Shown here piece after piece: positions 23,969-37,099 of a stretch of 47,901 nt of DNA. The translations under genes were made by a program, and so were the position numbers. The stretch lies in assembly GCA_002633005.1 (NCBI GenBank), contig NMRA01000146.1, positions 1 to 47,901 on the forward strand, given 5' to 3'. The notes beneath the pieces are model-generated. The model made no database searches. It saw nothing but the letters and a program-made list of their open reading frames with translations, and was not told the origin of the DNA. Source of the stretch: Phoronis australis. Lineage: Eukaryota > Animalia > Phoronida. The number at the start of each line of letters is the position of its first letter. The stretch's first letter is position 1.

Positions 23969-25910
23969 GTTGACTTGGCTCCTAAGTATGACTGTCCGGC
24001 TTAAAATCGTAAAACTTTTTTAAAGAAGGACTAACACTTCTTTCGAATTTCGGAATTAATGCCCGGCAATAATTATAACGCGACCTCGATTATTGTAAGC
24101 GTTGAAGCGTTTTAAACACGGATCAGGGCAGTTTGTGATTACTCTGCTTGCGGTAAAACCGTAATAAAAACTGCGGGTGAACGTGCCCGTCACGATTTTA
24201 TACCAAAACATATCGCGTTCTAAACATGAAGCGTTTTCTCATCAGTTCGTTCATGCAAAACCGACGTGTTTGTGGAGATATTTTGTCACACCAAAAGCAT
24301 ATTACAGTGTAAAGACATTTTTCTTGGCTACGAAAATTATTACATACGAGTATGTAATACACACTCAAGAGAATAATAATTCGTTAAACAGTGACTGATG
24401 TACAAGAGTACTAATAACAGTAAACGGTGGTCGTGCACTATCAGCTTTCTTTTTCATTGCTTGTTTCCGAGAACTCATTTGGTTTTACATCGATAGTTCC
24501 AACAATACTTGCGTGCCATTCACTGGTTGAAATCTAGCTCGCGAACCATAATTTACCAGAGTTAATGAAATCTGTGATGATTTGCCTTAACTCTCGCAAT
24601 TTCCTAACACAGTTTGGACAGTTCGGCGTAATTTACAGACTTCGGCAATGGTTTAATTAGTCAGTCCTATGTGAACAATTAAGTATGAGAATTGCTTAAA
24701 GTAATATTAATAATGTTATGGTGACATTATGTACGGCGGCTGAATCTCCCCACACCTTTACTAGTCTTGCATCACAGTGTTAATAGGAAAAATACACGAG
24801 ATGTTGTGATTTTAAACTTCATAGGTCATGACCAACTGCTGTGTAGTAATCTAACAGACCATTTGTCAGCGGCAAGTAAAGACAAGTCATGCAAACAGGA
24901 ACTTCTAAAGAAACGAGGTTAATGAAACTGTAGACAAATACGTCCATCGAAGGTTGTCCGCAGCTTAGACGTCCGACATTAAATAATGAGGTAATCCGTA
25001 CTCATGTGTACCGATACCGCGAAATTCCCGACGGATCGGTTTTGAATTTGTCTCTTATACTGAGGTTTCTTTCCTGTGACACCACCAAATCCATTCCTGT
25101 CCGAAAATTTTCGGTTGTTTCCTTGACAGGTGTTTCATCTTAGCGCAAGTGCAAACTTTTATCATAGCTAGGTACACCTCTGTAGACCGTATAATGTACG
25201 TCTACATTAGGATGGAAATCACGTTTTTTGAGCCACGATTTATTTTTGGAGCAACGGTTCACTTTGCCTCGATTCAGTTTGTCCCAATTTTATATAAAAA
25301 TGACGCCTGCTGGGTTGGCTGAGCTTTTCAAGTTCTGTGCTGCATGTGAAGGATACGAATGGCATATGCTTGATTTTTTAATCTGTTTTGAGTGAAAGAT
25401 TATCAGCTGTTGACCGCTTGACCCAGTTTTTGCTCAGACGTGTCTTTTCTTAAACTCCCTTAACTGCTTGCAAACAGGAAGTTGAAATTGAGCTGGAAAT
25501 TCAGATGCTTTTCCGACTCCTTGGATTTGTAAAAAATCTGGCTGGTCGACACCCACTTTTCACCTGATTTCTGGAATCTGGAGTCTTGTTAGTTTGAGCG
25601 CACTGTCTCTTCGTTCTTAGTAATTGCATGCAAATGGTGGCTTTGGGGTGAAAACTGCTGATTCGGCATATTTATGCTGTTTTTTTTTTCAAGTAGCCGG
25701 CTGCACTTCCGGTAGCCGTAGAAGATGAAAAATTGACTTTGGAATCAGTTTCAATGGAAGTTGCGCAAAGCTTTTGTAGCTTTGGCCCATCATACTCCTC
25801 AAAATTTCAGGTTGTGTACATCCTGTGGAACAGACTGTTGGAGATGACTCGACCTGATTTTTCAAGCTCAAAATCGGCAAATATTGAGTATCCTTTAAGA
25901 CAGTAGTGTA

Positions 25911-26200
25911 TGTACGGTTATCCTGTAGCCGCGACCAATGTACGGTTAGCCTGTAGCCGCGACCAATGTACGGTTAGCCTGTAGACGCGACCAATGTACG
26001 GTTAGCCTGTAGCCGCGACCAATGTACGGTTAGCCTGTAGACGCGACCAATGTACGGTTAGCCTGTAGCCGCGACCAATTTGCATTCTGCATAGTTAGAA
26101 TGAAGCCGTGGCAAATGTGCACACATTGCATGCAAAGTTAAACTGTAATCGCGCCTAATTTGCACTCTGTACATTTAGAATGTAGCCGTGTCCAATTGGC
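25911..26200 (+). repeat. 28-bp minisatellite x6 followed by degenerate longer units
   Basis: TGTACGGTTAGCCTGTAG(C/A)CGCGACCAA at 25911, 25939, 25967, 25995, 26023 and 26051. Decayed GTTAGAATG.AGCCGTG copies follow. Confidence 0.93.
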
Positions 26201-26779
26201 AAGCCATATACGGGTACGTCAGGTGAGGCGTCAGTTTGAGTTATCCATCAAAAGCAGGATCAGTGAATGTAGAGTTTGTGTTCGCTAGTTCGGAGGTAGA
26301 CATGTTTAAAATGGTGCCCCCTCCCTCCCCTAAAGCATTGTTACTTGTTGAATTGTTGCTTAGAAGACTGAGGAATCTGCTGCGATGTCAGGTAGCAAAA
26401 TATGAGTACTGAGATGGCACAACTTGTGAACCACATTTGCGGAATTGCATGCAACTTCTAGTTTTGGCTCGTGTCGCATATTGGCAAGGACGTGGTGGTT
26501 TGGGGTTGAAAACTGATAATTTCACGTTTTGCCACCTTTTCGAAGAGCCTTGCATCATTTCTCTTACTGGAAGTAAAAGGGCCAAAGTATGAGACGAAAT
26601 AACGTTTCTATAGTTCCTGTAGCGCTTTAGAGGTGAAATGTCTCACAGCTTTTCAATTCGTTCATAGTCTCCGACAGAGTGGACGAAATATTCAGGCCTG
26701 TGTGCATTGCCATGCAAAACACAGTAAGAAATGTGTAGTACCTCCATAACAGCAAATGGATTTGGTCAAGAGACTATTA

Positions 26780-29078
26780 AAACCAAAATGAAAGCGCTCG
26801 GAGGAGCGACACTTGGCGAAATTGAGTGAAAAGACTTCAATGGAGATGATAACAATGATACTGGTGATAGTGGTGATGATGAACATGATAACATTCATAT
26901 GACGAACTAAGATGCCATAAATAATGAAAAAATATGGTATAGTCTTATTCAATAGAAGGCAAACCAACAAAAGAGCAGCAAAACCACTCAAAAAGCAACA
27001 TCGTTATCAGGAAGATATCGTATAATTCGAAAAGTAGACGTCGTAGCGAAAAATGGAAACATTATTCGAAAGCCCGTTTGAAACTCTATCTACTAAAGTA
27101 GTTTCACAAAATTACACAAAATTATCGAAAATTTTCAATTTTTGCATTTTTTAAAATTGAATGTCAAAGGACTCCAAAAGGGAATCAGAAAAAAAATTGT
27201 TACAGTATACCTTAAAAAACCTTCATGCAAAAATTCACGTCATTTCCGCTTCCCATTTAAAATGGCAACTCAGTCACCACGATTGAAAACTGATGAAAAT
27301 GCGTCAGATCCGTTTTTTTTAAATTTTGAAACAACTTCCGGTTAAGCAGCATTCGATAACAGCTAGCTACAAAAAACTTACACATAAAATCCTCGAAACA
27401 TGATCCAACAATGCGTCCTCTACAGGACAAAACGCCGATATTTACACCAGCTTTGACTGGAAGTATGATTTCCGGCGCACCAGTAGAACTCGCCTGGTAC
27501 AATAACCGATTTTCAGCTGTGTACGTCAAAAATTACGACCTCTACGGGCATTTGACCCTTTAATCGAAAACAAAATGGCCATCCCGTCCGCCATCTTGGA
27601 TCCAATGATGACAAAAGACAATAGGGCTCAGCATTTCTGGAACTACAGGTTGGGTGTGATTTTCGTTCTCGGATCGGACGAAAAGTGCGACCTGTATCGG
27701 TGCGCGCGAACAAAAAAATGAAGCGCTTGCATGAGCGACACTTTGCGAAATTAACTGAAAATCCCTAATGAAGATGATGATGGTGGAGGTGGTGGTGGTG
27801 GTAGTGGTGGTGAGGAACATGAAGATAACATTCATATGACGAACGAAGTTGTCAGAAATGAGTAAGAAATAGGGCACAGTCTTGTTCGATATAAGGTAAA
27901 CCAACAAACTAGCAAAATCAGAAAATGTCAAATAATTCAAAAAGTAGACGTCATAGCGAAAAATTAAAAAATATCTTCTGAAGGCACGTTCAAACCTCTA
28001 TGTAACAGCCTAGTTCCATAAATTACCGTAAAACTTTCTGAAAAGACGACGATGGAGAGGATGACGATGAAGATTATGATGATGAAAGTGGCGATTATGA
28101 CCAACATGATAACGTTTCTATGACTAGCGAAGGTGTCAGAAATCAGTAAGAAATAGGCTACAGAAACAATAGAAACTAAACCAAAAACACTGCAGGAAAA
28201 TTGGTCGTTCAAAACTCTATTTCACAATATAGTTTCGAAATTTTCCGTAAAAGTTCCGGAAATTTTTAAATTTTGCATTTTTTAAAATTGAATGTCATCT
28301 CAAAAACGGTAACTGAGAAAAAAAATTGTTGCAGGTGATATGAAAGAGTACACATCAGAGAATCTATATGCAAAAATTCACGTCATTTTCTTTTCCCGTT
28401 TAAAATGGAACCCCAGTACGACTGAAAATAGGTCAAATTGCGCCAGATCCGCTATCTTGAAAGCAACATCCGGTTGAACAATAGCTTGTCATAGGAAACT
28501 AATACCTGAAAATTTTCGAAGCAATTGGTCCTATAATGCGCCCTCTACAAGACAAAACGTTTTTAAAAAACGATCAATCGCCGCACAAATAAAAAGTTCA
28601 TTCAACGTTTCGTCTATTCATAAGACATCATCAGGATAATTTTTACAATAAGACAAGTGTCGAATACCAGTCAAGTCACGTCAGTGTAGTGAAATGAGGG
28701 TGGCAAGATATACTAGGGAGAATAGTAAGTTGGTCAGCACCACAGTTGTAGCGTGACTGAGCTCTGCAGGGCCAAAAAATGATGTAATTAACAAAACGTT
28801 TTAGCTCGAAATCGAGGTGCGAATGCGCAATTACCAATATTTCAGGCGTGTACGTAAAAATTAGGGCCTCTACGAGCATTTGAATATGGATTTGAGAACA
28901 AAATGGCTGCCACGTCCGCCGTCTTGGATCCAATGAAAAATGACAGGGTCCAGGACTTTTGTAACTACAGATTGAGTGTGAATTTCGTGGAAATCGGACG
29001 AAATATGCAACCTGTAGAGTGCGAACAAACAAAAACAGAAACTTAATGGCAGAGCAGCATACTTCGCGAAATTAATTG
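26780..29078 (+). repeat. tandem array of two (plus a partial third) diverged 0.9-1.3-kb units, possibly Helentron-associated/MITE-like
   Basis: GAGC(G/A)..A.ACTT.GCGAAATT at about 26803, 27733 and 29052. 27520-27710 matches 28847-29030, and 27125-27430 matches 28258-28560. Each unit has a GAT/GGT-rich tract. Confidence 0.75.
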
Positions 29079-30135
29079 AATCGGCAAGTCCATCAATTAA
29101 AACAGTGACAAGCAGCTGTTTACGCAAGGAGTCCATTCGATCGTCAAGGTTTAAAAATACAGTTTCCAAGTCCTTTTGTGTTTACTTTTACCCTGGCCGT
29201 TGCAACAGCTTCATTCTCAGTTGTGTCACCACAGTCGATTTCTGCGGCGTGTTGGTTATGTGCATGTACATGTATAGAATGCGGCCACTAAAGCTCTCTA
29301 GAAAAAGGATATTTACGTATGCACACGAGCTGGATGTAGAATTTGACATAAAGTATTTGTTTCTATTCGTTGCATTCCGGACACCTTACGACACGTGACA
29401 CCTGTCATAACGAGGTGTTACTTAAGGTTAAGTAAATCCCTAAATAAAATGTTGAAATTTGAATTATCTAAGTAACTATCAAATGTCAACCCAAAAAGTC
29501 TATATTTTCTAAACATGGGAGTCATGACAATGCCTTTTGGTGGAAAAAGTGTTTTTAAGGTAAATAGAAAAAGAAAAAGACATTTCACCAAAACTCATAA
29601 AAATGTGATGAAAATGCTCAAAAATCTGTCTGGAATTTCCATAACTTGAGTCAAATTTTGATCACAGTTGAACACTACAAAATTTTAATAACAATTCTTA
29701 GACACGGCTGTTCAATGTTAATTGCATAAATTACTTTAGACTGATGGTTCAAGTTAACACATGGTATCGCCAACATGTACACTTATATCGTTAATTTTCC
29801 CGGAGCTGTGTTTTTTGCATCACAGCAAACCAACGTGTTCTAGTACTAAGGATTTCCATTAGATAATTACCTGAAACGACCTACAAACATCTGTGCTTTC
29901 CCCAAACCCATATAAAGGATATTAAGTGTTTTAATCTGTTAGTTCCGTATTGACAATGAATTGACGAGCATGGTTAGCTTGAGCGTATTCGAAAATTCTC
30001 CAAATGTACACGAAAATGCATGTCAATACATCTGGGAAATACAAATTATTTGATATTAGTGTAACACAAATGTACACCCCATCACTCGCTGATGAAATAA
30101 AAATGTTTTAAAGGAAACCGTTGCCTTGCTGTCTG

Positions 30136-30186
30136 ACAGCATTAGTACAGCATTAGTACAGCATTAGTACAGCATTAGTACAGCAT
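30136..30186 (+). repeat. 11-bp tandem repeat (ACAGCATTAGT)x4.6
   Basis: Seen directly. Confidence 0.95.
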
Positions 30187-30499
30187 GATGTGTGCTCGTG
30201 TAAGGAGAGCAGTTATCATATGTGCGACCAAGCATACACACACAAAATATTCAACCATACAGCACAATTTGACACGATGTGTACATTATGTTGTGGTTTC
30301 TACCGCTGCAGATGGTTGCTTGGTTCAGGAGTCAATTCATGCAGTCGTAAATGTGGAAACAGTTCAATATGTGGCTAGGGTTGAAACTATTTACATTACA
30401 AACACAATGACGACAACGTAGAAGAACAGTGACGAGAAAGATGAACATGGTTTAAGAACAAGTGAGAAAATTTCGGTTGTGGCGCTAGGTATGAGTGTG

Positions 30500-30975
30500 A
30501 TATAATGGCAGTCATGATGTGTGGATGAGGGAGACGACTGACAACGAAAACTGGTGATGATATTGACTATGACAACGACGACTAATGTTCATGTCGTTGG
30601 CTTGGGATGGCACCTGATGAAGGTATTATATTGGCAATGCCGACGACAACGAAGGTGAAAATGACAACGACAATGATGATGACGATGATGATGGCGACGG
30701 CGACGACAATAATATTTGATTATCCGGATGAGGGTGGTAAAATGAAATGACATGGAGACGATGGTAATAACGTTGAAACTAGGATGGTGCGATTGACGGT
30801 GGCTGATTACTATGAAAAAGGAGACGTTCGTGATAAAGATCATAACTCATGATTATGTTATTATTGTTAATAGTACATACTTTACATACATACACAAGTG
30901 TGTCCCCGTGTGTGTGGGGGGAGTGGGTGTGTGCGTGTGCGTGTGCGTGTGCGCGTGTACGTGTGTGCGTGTTTG
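30500..30975 (+). repeat. GAT/GAC-rich low-complexity tract and (GT)/(GTGC) microsatellite
   Basis: Cryptic trinucleotide repeats at 30500-30860 and a GT-rich run at about 30898-30972. Confidence 0.85.
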
Positions 30976-31060
30976 TTATTTCCCTACATTGAATCTTCAT
31001 CCACGCTTATTTGATTAGACAGACGACACGTTTTATTCCTAAAGGAGCGTTTATCTGAAA

Positions 31061-31088
31061 TGCGCATGCGCAAATGAACTATGATTGG
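31061..31088 (+). promoter_or_regulatory. candidate GPCR promoter: perfect NRF-1/Ewg palindrome plus reverse CCAAT box
   Basis: TGCGCATGCGCA at 31061-31072 and ATTGG at 31084-31088, about 100-125 bp upstream of the ATG. Confidence 0.45.
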
Positions 31089-31186
31089 TATATATTGTCA
31101 GCGGCAAACCAGACATCAGTGATAAGACAAGGTGCGCAAAAAAGTAGCCAAACGAGTCAACAAGGAGCGCTTGAGAATCAGGACCG

Positions 31187-31684
31187 ATGAAGGCAGAAGA
31201 GTTCCCCGTTGTGTTCCAGGCAATACTGCAAAAGTGTTTAGAGAAACATGCTCATGAAAACACGACGGGAATTGACGTCAGTGAGACGGGAATGAGCAAA
31301 GAGTTGTCGTTCGCCATCAACACTATACTGACGGGGATGACATGTATATTCGGTTTATCGGCCAATACTATGTCGTTTTACATTCTGGGCAAGGACAGCA
31401 TAATGCCCATCAATATTCTCCTACGTTCCCTAGCCGTCTTCGACTCGATGTTTCTTGCCTGTATGTTTGTACTGTCTTTTAAAGGCGTACACACTTTTAA
31501 TGGACAACTGGAGGAGTTCCACGTGGCTTTACCTTATATCAAACTCGTGCTTTTCCCTCTGGCGTACCTCAGCCAAACCTTGAGTACGTGGTGTATCGTT
31601 TTGGTTACTGTTTACAGATTCGTTGCCGTCATCAAACCCATATGGTCTGCAGTGGCCTGCACCAACGCACGCGCCCAAATACAC
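31187..31684 (+). CDS. FMRFamide-receptor-like class A GPCR, coding exon 1 (N-terminus to ICL2)
   Basis: 166 codons. N-glycosylation site NTT; TM1 FGLSANTMSFYIL; TM2 LRSLAVFDSMFL; TM3 STWCIVLVTVYRFVAVIKP. Donor CAC|gtgagt, phase 0. Confidence 0.95.
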
Positions 31685-34600
31685 GTGAGTCTTCATAGGT
31701 AACATTTCAATAATACAATAAAAATATTCTAACATTTACAAAACTAGTGAAGCTCGATGGAGAAAAACATGCATTTTCGTTCCACGAAAATAGTCAGACG
31801 GTCGCTAACGAAACATAAGCCGGGTACCAGAAACTTCATGATGTGATAGTCGTTCTCCCTAAAATCTTGGCTCTACGTAACTTCAGTAACAATTCGTGGC
31901 CGTTTTTTGACACACAGCACAGCTGGTATAAAAATTAGTCCAAGTGTTTAGTTTCTACGACCTTTCAACATCACACTAACGCAGGCGTTCATGATTGGCT
32001 TTTAACAATGAAGTTTCCATAATTAACTATGGTTTACGATAGGTTTTACTGTGAGACTTATCACACCCTACATGTACGTATCTAGTTTATCGCTACTAAT
32101 ACACAAAATGTTTGAAGACTAATTCACAAAACGCTTCGAAGGACTTCTGTACGTACTATTCCCGTGCTGCAGTAATTACTGCTTAACACTTGCCTCTAAG
32201 GAATAATTATTTCTCTATCTAAAGTCTTGCTACCATCGCAATATCAATGACATTGAATTGTTAGGCCATCATTTTTAAAACGTTTATCAAACATAGGACA
32301 CTTGCAAAAATGGATACAACGGGAACGGATTTTAGAAAGCTGTAACAGAGCTTTTGAGATCTCATCTTGAAAATTTATATCAACTGAAATCTGATCATGT
32401 TGTTGATACTGTTGTTTTGATATCACTGCACCGCTAAATTTTTACGGTCACGTGACCCAATTAACAGCATTTGTAAAAAAGCAAATTTTAGAGGGTATTT
32501 TATTTTTGGAAAATGAATACTTTCACTAAGTTAAAAATCAATTCGACCTTTTAAGCTGTTAACTGAAATGTTCAAAGGAACATGATTTTCAAACCTAAAT
32601 GTAAAGATAAGCTTAACATTTTACCAGCGGCATGATAATATCAAGAATCTGAACTGACACAGACATAGTTTTTGCATGGTATTGTGTAAGTAAGTTATTT
32701 TTTACTCAAATGTAAAACCACTATCAAGCCCTAATTTTTATCGACAACACTATCATCATTGTTGCTTTCAATGTCACTCAATGACCCTATAACTATCCCA
32801 GTTGCTATTTGCTATTAGTCGTGACAGTAGTCCAGAGCATAATACGTTATTTTCATTTATTGAGATCCAATAGTGTACATCCCGAGGTTCTACAGCATGT
32901 CAAATCGATTGCTACACTCCAAGTGCTTACGACGACGAAAGCTTTTATAAATAATCAAAAAAACTGTTTATAGTAATATATACAAGATTTAAACGGAACT
33001 CAAGCTTCAGAATTCTTTTAGCGTCAACGAAGCCGCTCTAGTTACAGCTGTTTGTGGTGTCATAACGTGGTCGACATGATTTTATAACCATTCGCCGCTA
33101 TCATTTACTTAATCTTCCTACATGTAACTGTTGTAGTGCCACGCCCAGGATACAAATCGGTCAACAGCAGCACGTCAAAGGACGTTTATTTAAAACTACC
33201 GGAATCTCCAACATAAGCAGATAACGACATCACAACAAGATGACATGCTTGTTTTTACCACTCCAAGCATAGCTAAACAAACTGTTAAAAACATGAAAGT
33301 CAATTATTTCCTGGCATAAATGGCCGTTTTAATCTCAACAGCAAAACAAAGTTCTGCACTATCGTAAACACAAGCTCTGAACTTCAACACTGAGAGCACT
33401 ACTCATCAGCATAATAATCAGGGTCTGGCAACGTAAAAAGGCAATTACCTTCTATTAACTAGGTATGTGGAAAATTAAGTTCCGTAGTACAAAATTAGTC
33501 GAATGCGTGGGCAGTGTCAGATTGTGGACGGGAATATCAGAGGCAAGGGCGCTCCTGGGGTTTATTGAACTTGACCACTGTGATCACCATAGACTATAGT
33601 ACATGGACTGCCAACTCCGTATACTTTCAAGGAACGAAATCTATGACCGTCACTATTCACTAGCGACACCTGGCAGACGTAGCACGTTTTACTTCAGGTA
33701 AGTATGACGTATGCTAATCATGGCCCGCTGTCAGTGTGTCGTCGGGAAATAGCATTGCCAAAGCACCCACGTTGTCAAGACTTCGACTATTGAAAGACTT
33801 TGAACAGGCTTTTAATACATTTTTTTTCATTGTACTGAACAGTAAAATAGAAGCAAGAATTTCACGACACAATGCCCTAACCGGAAGCTGAGTTTGCTGT
33901 TTTGAGGGTGGCGTTGTTGCGTGTGTGTATTCTCAGAGGTTTTAAACTTTTGCTCATGTGAGATTTAATTACCTACTTCGTTGAACAGAGTGCAAAACCA
34001 AATTTCTATCTTCGTCTTTAATCAATTTTAAAAAACAGATCCTTGGTCGTTTAAATTTGTTCACAATGACGTGATGCGGAACATGACGAATTTCTACATC
34101 ATCGCCGATATATCGAAAAAGAACACACTTTCCTTAACTTTCTCTAGTTTAGGGCACAGAAAAGGTTTTGAAAATCGACAATCACTTAGGAACAATTCGT
34201 AAAGTACAGTCTTGCACCTATTTGCATTTTTATCTCCCAATAAATAATGAAGTTCACTGCCGTTTAACAGTAGCGGCTAACCTCTTGATATGATTACCGG
34301 TTGAAAATACTTGGGAATAAGTGTAAACTAGATTGGTTTGTGGTCAAATATCGGGAAAGAAGCAGCAAGAGTATGATGAAAGAAATAGTGTGCGGCAAGA
34401 AGTATGTTCAAATGAGGATATTTAACAGTACTCTGTTTTGATGATTTCCATCAACTCTCGTTCACTCACCTCCTAATATATCATAGGCGTCAATCTTGAA
34501 AGATAAAAGCAGGAATCAAAAAACAACTCGAATCCCCTATCTCATAAATTGGACATTGTGGTCCTTAGTGGGTGGTCTGTTCCCACAGTTGCCGTGTAAG

Positions 34601-35264
34601 TAGAAGCGTAGGTCATGCTTGCCCGTATAGAAAACTTTGAAAGGAGTTTTCAAATTTACTTCCAATATTTTGAGGTTTATCGAGGTTTACAGGGCATTAT
34701 TTTGTTCCACAGAACTGGCTGGCAAATTTGTTTTAGTATGTGCTAATAGGCCAAAACAGGGTTTGGTATCCATTTAACTATTGATGAAACAAGTTAATAA
34801 GCTCATTAATTGAAAGTAATGATTATCATTCTTAATTGTAAAATGACGCACTATGTCAGCTAATGTTGATTTATTGATTCGGCCACGTGACATTTGAGCG
34901 ATTTGAAAGACGTCTACCATGGGAACATTAGTATATGGGTATCAAGAGGCAAAGCGTATGCGCGATAAGTAACCTCTGAATAAACCATGCACAATCCAGA
35001 AGATACTTTAGTTTTTAGTTTTGTCTAGGGTACGTCACCAGCCCTTCCAAAATAAGGTGGCATTTTCGTTCCATTTCACGACAGAAACAAGCTGCCATCA
35101 CGAAAATTTGAGAGACCACAATGTACCGGAAGAGTTCATTTGGTGCAGAGGTCGCATAATTTTCAAAATGCAACTCCTTCATTTTTAAAGAATCTTTCTT
35201 CAAATTAGGTGCACAGGCGTAACTCAACAAGTCAATTTTAAAAAATCACTGTTCTAAGTAAATG

Positions 35265-36473
35265 AGTGATCCACTCAGATAAATAGGTCATTGGATGCAA
35301 ACTAAGATTTTAAGCTTGACACTTCAAATTTACAAATGTTATTGGAACAATATCCAAAGTTTCAGGTCATTTGGTGCAACCGTGGGGTCATTGTGTGTAT
35401 TTTTCTTCTAAAATTTTGACCTTTTCCTTCAATATGTATTCTGATGTGTCAGCAGGTGGACATCTGTGATTCTTTGCATTGGAGTAACTTTTTACGCACT
35501 TTTCAATCAGTCTACTGAAAGGGCTTATAATGCATCGGATAGGATCAATTAGTGCAAAATTCATCTAATTTTCAGAATGTTATTTCTCCAACACTTTTCA
35601 AGGAATTATTTTCAGTTTCAGAACACTAGTGTAATGGTATATGCCAATCAAATACACTACTTTACTAACCAATGGACCATCCAATCAGAAACAAAAGCTC
35701 AAAGGTCATCGAGAGCAAACTAGGATTTTGAGCTAAGCATTTCAAATTCACATATCTGCTAGGTACTTTTAATTGAAGTTTCAGGTCATTTGGTGAAACC
35801 ATGGGGTGAATACGTGCATTTTTCTTCAGAAATTTTGACTTCATATTCTGATTTATCGACATTTAGACAACTGTGATTCTCAGCATCAAGCACACTTTTC
35901 ATGGCTTTGTAATAATTCTACTAAACGGGTTTATAATGCACCAGATATGATCCATTAGTGCAAAAGTCATATGATTTTCAAAATATTATTTCTCTTACAT
36001 TTTTCAAGGAATTCTTTTCAATTTCAGCCCACAGTCGTAAGCATACATGACAATCAAATACATTACTTTACTAAGCAATTGGGCCATCCAATCAGAAAAA
36101 GTAGGTCAAAGGTCATTGAGTTCAGACTAAGACTTTGAGCTAGACACTTCAAATTAAAGATTTATAATATTTACTAATATTTCATTTATTAATTGTAATA
36201 TTTACAACGAGGGTAGTCCCATCAGTTTATACTGCTTTCAATGGGGGCCTTCAGTAAACACATGCAAAGACAGTACAACAAACAGAATTATAAAATGAAA
36301 GACAAGACTGAGATGTTCAATGATGTATATGAAACTAACATGGAAAGACTGATGAAACAAAATAAATAATAAAGAAACAAAAAATAGAAGATACTAAAAG
36401 TAAGACGTGATTAATTAAAAATGAGAAAGCATTTAATAAACAGACAATAAAGAGTAGCTAATAAAAGTAAGAC

Positions 36474-36517
<44 letters not shown>

Positions 36518-36680
36518 TATGATATGCATATGCATACACGCATATGCACACACATATCTGCTTGGTAAAAGTACTTGAGATCCAATTCTAAAGTTTCAGG
36601 TCATTTGGAGCAACCATGGGGTCATTAGGTGCATTTTTCTTTTGAAATTTTGACTTTTTCATTTAACACATATTCTAAAG
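35265..36680 (+). repeat. about 420-bp tandem repeat, three diverged copies, third interrupted
   Basis: AAGTTTCAGGTCATTTGG at about 35357, 35776 and 36591. The third unit is split by an insert of about 395 bp. Confidence 0.85.
36160..36552 (-). mobile_element. probable 3' end of a non-LTR retroposon with (AT)n/(AC)n tract
   Basis: Interrupts the 420-bp repeat. An AT-rich tail is followed by GAGGGTAGTCCCATCAG...CTGCTTTCAATGGGGGCCTTC, which resembles reversed CR1/L2-type 3' ends. Confidence 0.4.
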
Positions 36681-36789
36681 TATTTAAAGTAAGATATTTT
36701 AGTAAACCGGTTGTTGTCAATAACTCCCCATACCAATAGCAGTAAAACACGTGCAGTCTATTATTGTCACACTGTGGCAATAATCTTTC

Positions 36790-36980
36790 TAGATATTGTT
36801 ATTATTTTTATTACCATTACCAATACCATTGTCCCTATCATCACCATCATCGTCGTCGTCATCGTCATCATCATCATCCTCATCGTTAATAATGTCCATT
36901 TTCGTTAATCACATCATTATTTTTGTCATTCTTACTTCTCAGTTGTTATTATTTGTTGCTGCTGTTGTTATAGTTAATAT
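36790..36980 (+). repeat. CAT/CGT/GTT low-complexity tract
   Basis: Seen directly; produces the poly-Ser and poly-Ile/Val spurious ORFs. Confidence 0.85.
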
Positions 36981-37099
36981 CGAAACTTCAATGATTAAAC
37001 TGTTTTGACTTATTTAATAGTGCCCTCAAAAGTATTGTTTTGATGCATGTGATTGGTAGTGGTAAGCAATGCTATGCAAATCCATGTAATTTTTTGCAG

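Noticed and set aside
25911-26078. 28-bp repeats as a CRISPR array
   Set aside because: The units are contiguous with no unique spacers, there are no cas genes, and the context is eukaryotic.
26692-28212. Three similar hydrophobic minus-strand ORFs suggesting a small membrane-protein family
   Set aside because: They arise from the ATC/ACC-rich tracts of the tandem units and use non-ATG starts.
28342-28359. SDVYSF on the minus strand, resembling the missing kinase-homology exon
   Set aside because: The following residues (ISPATIFF) do not fit, and it lies inside a repeated unit.
36711-37008. Poly-Ser and poly-Ile/Val ORFs, and the His-rich ORF at 30589-30843
   Set aside because: These are low-complexity trinucleotide tracts, not genes.
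37040-37099. N-terminal 20 aa of the 261-aa ORF as a separate gene start
   Set aside because: It is intronic: the acceptor at 37098-37099 joins the rest in frame to exon 1.
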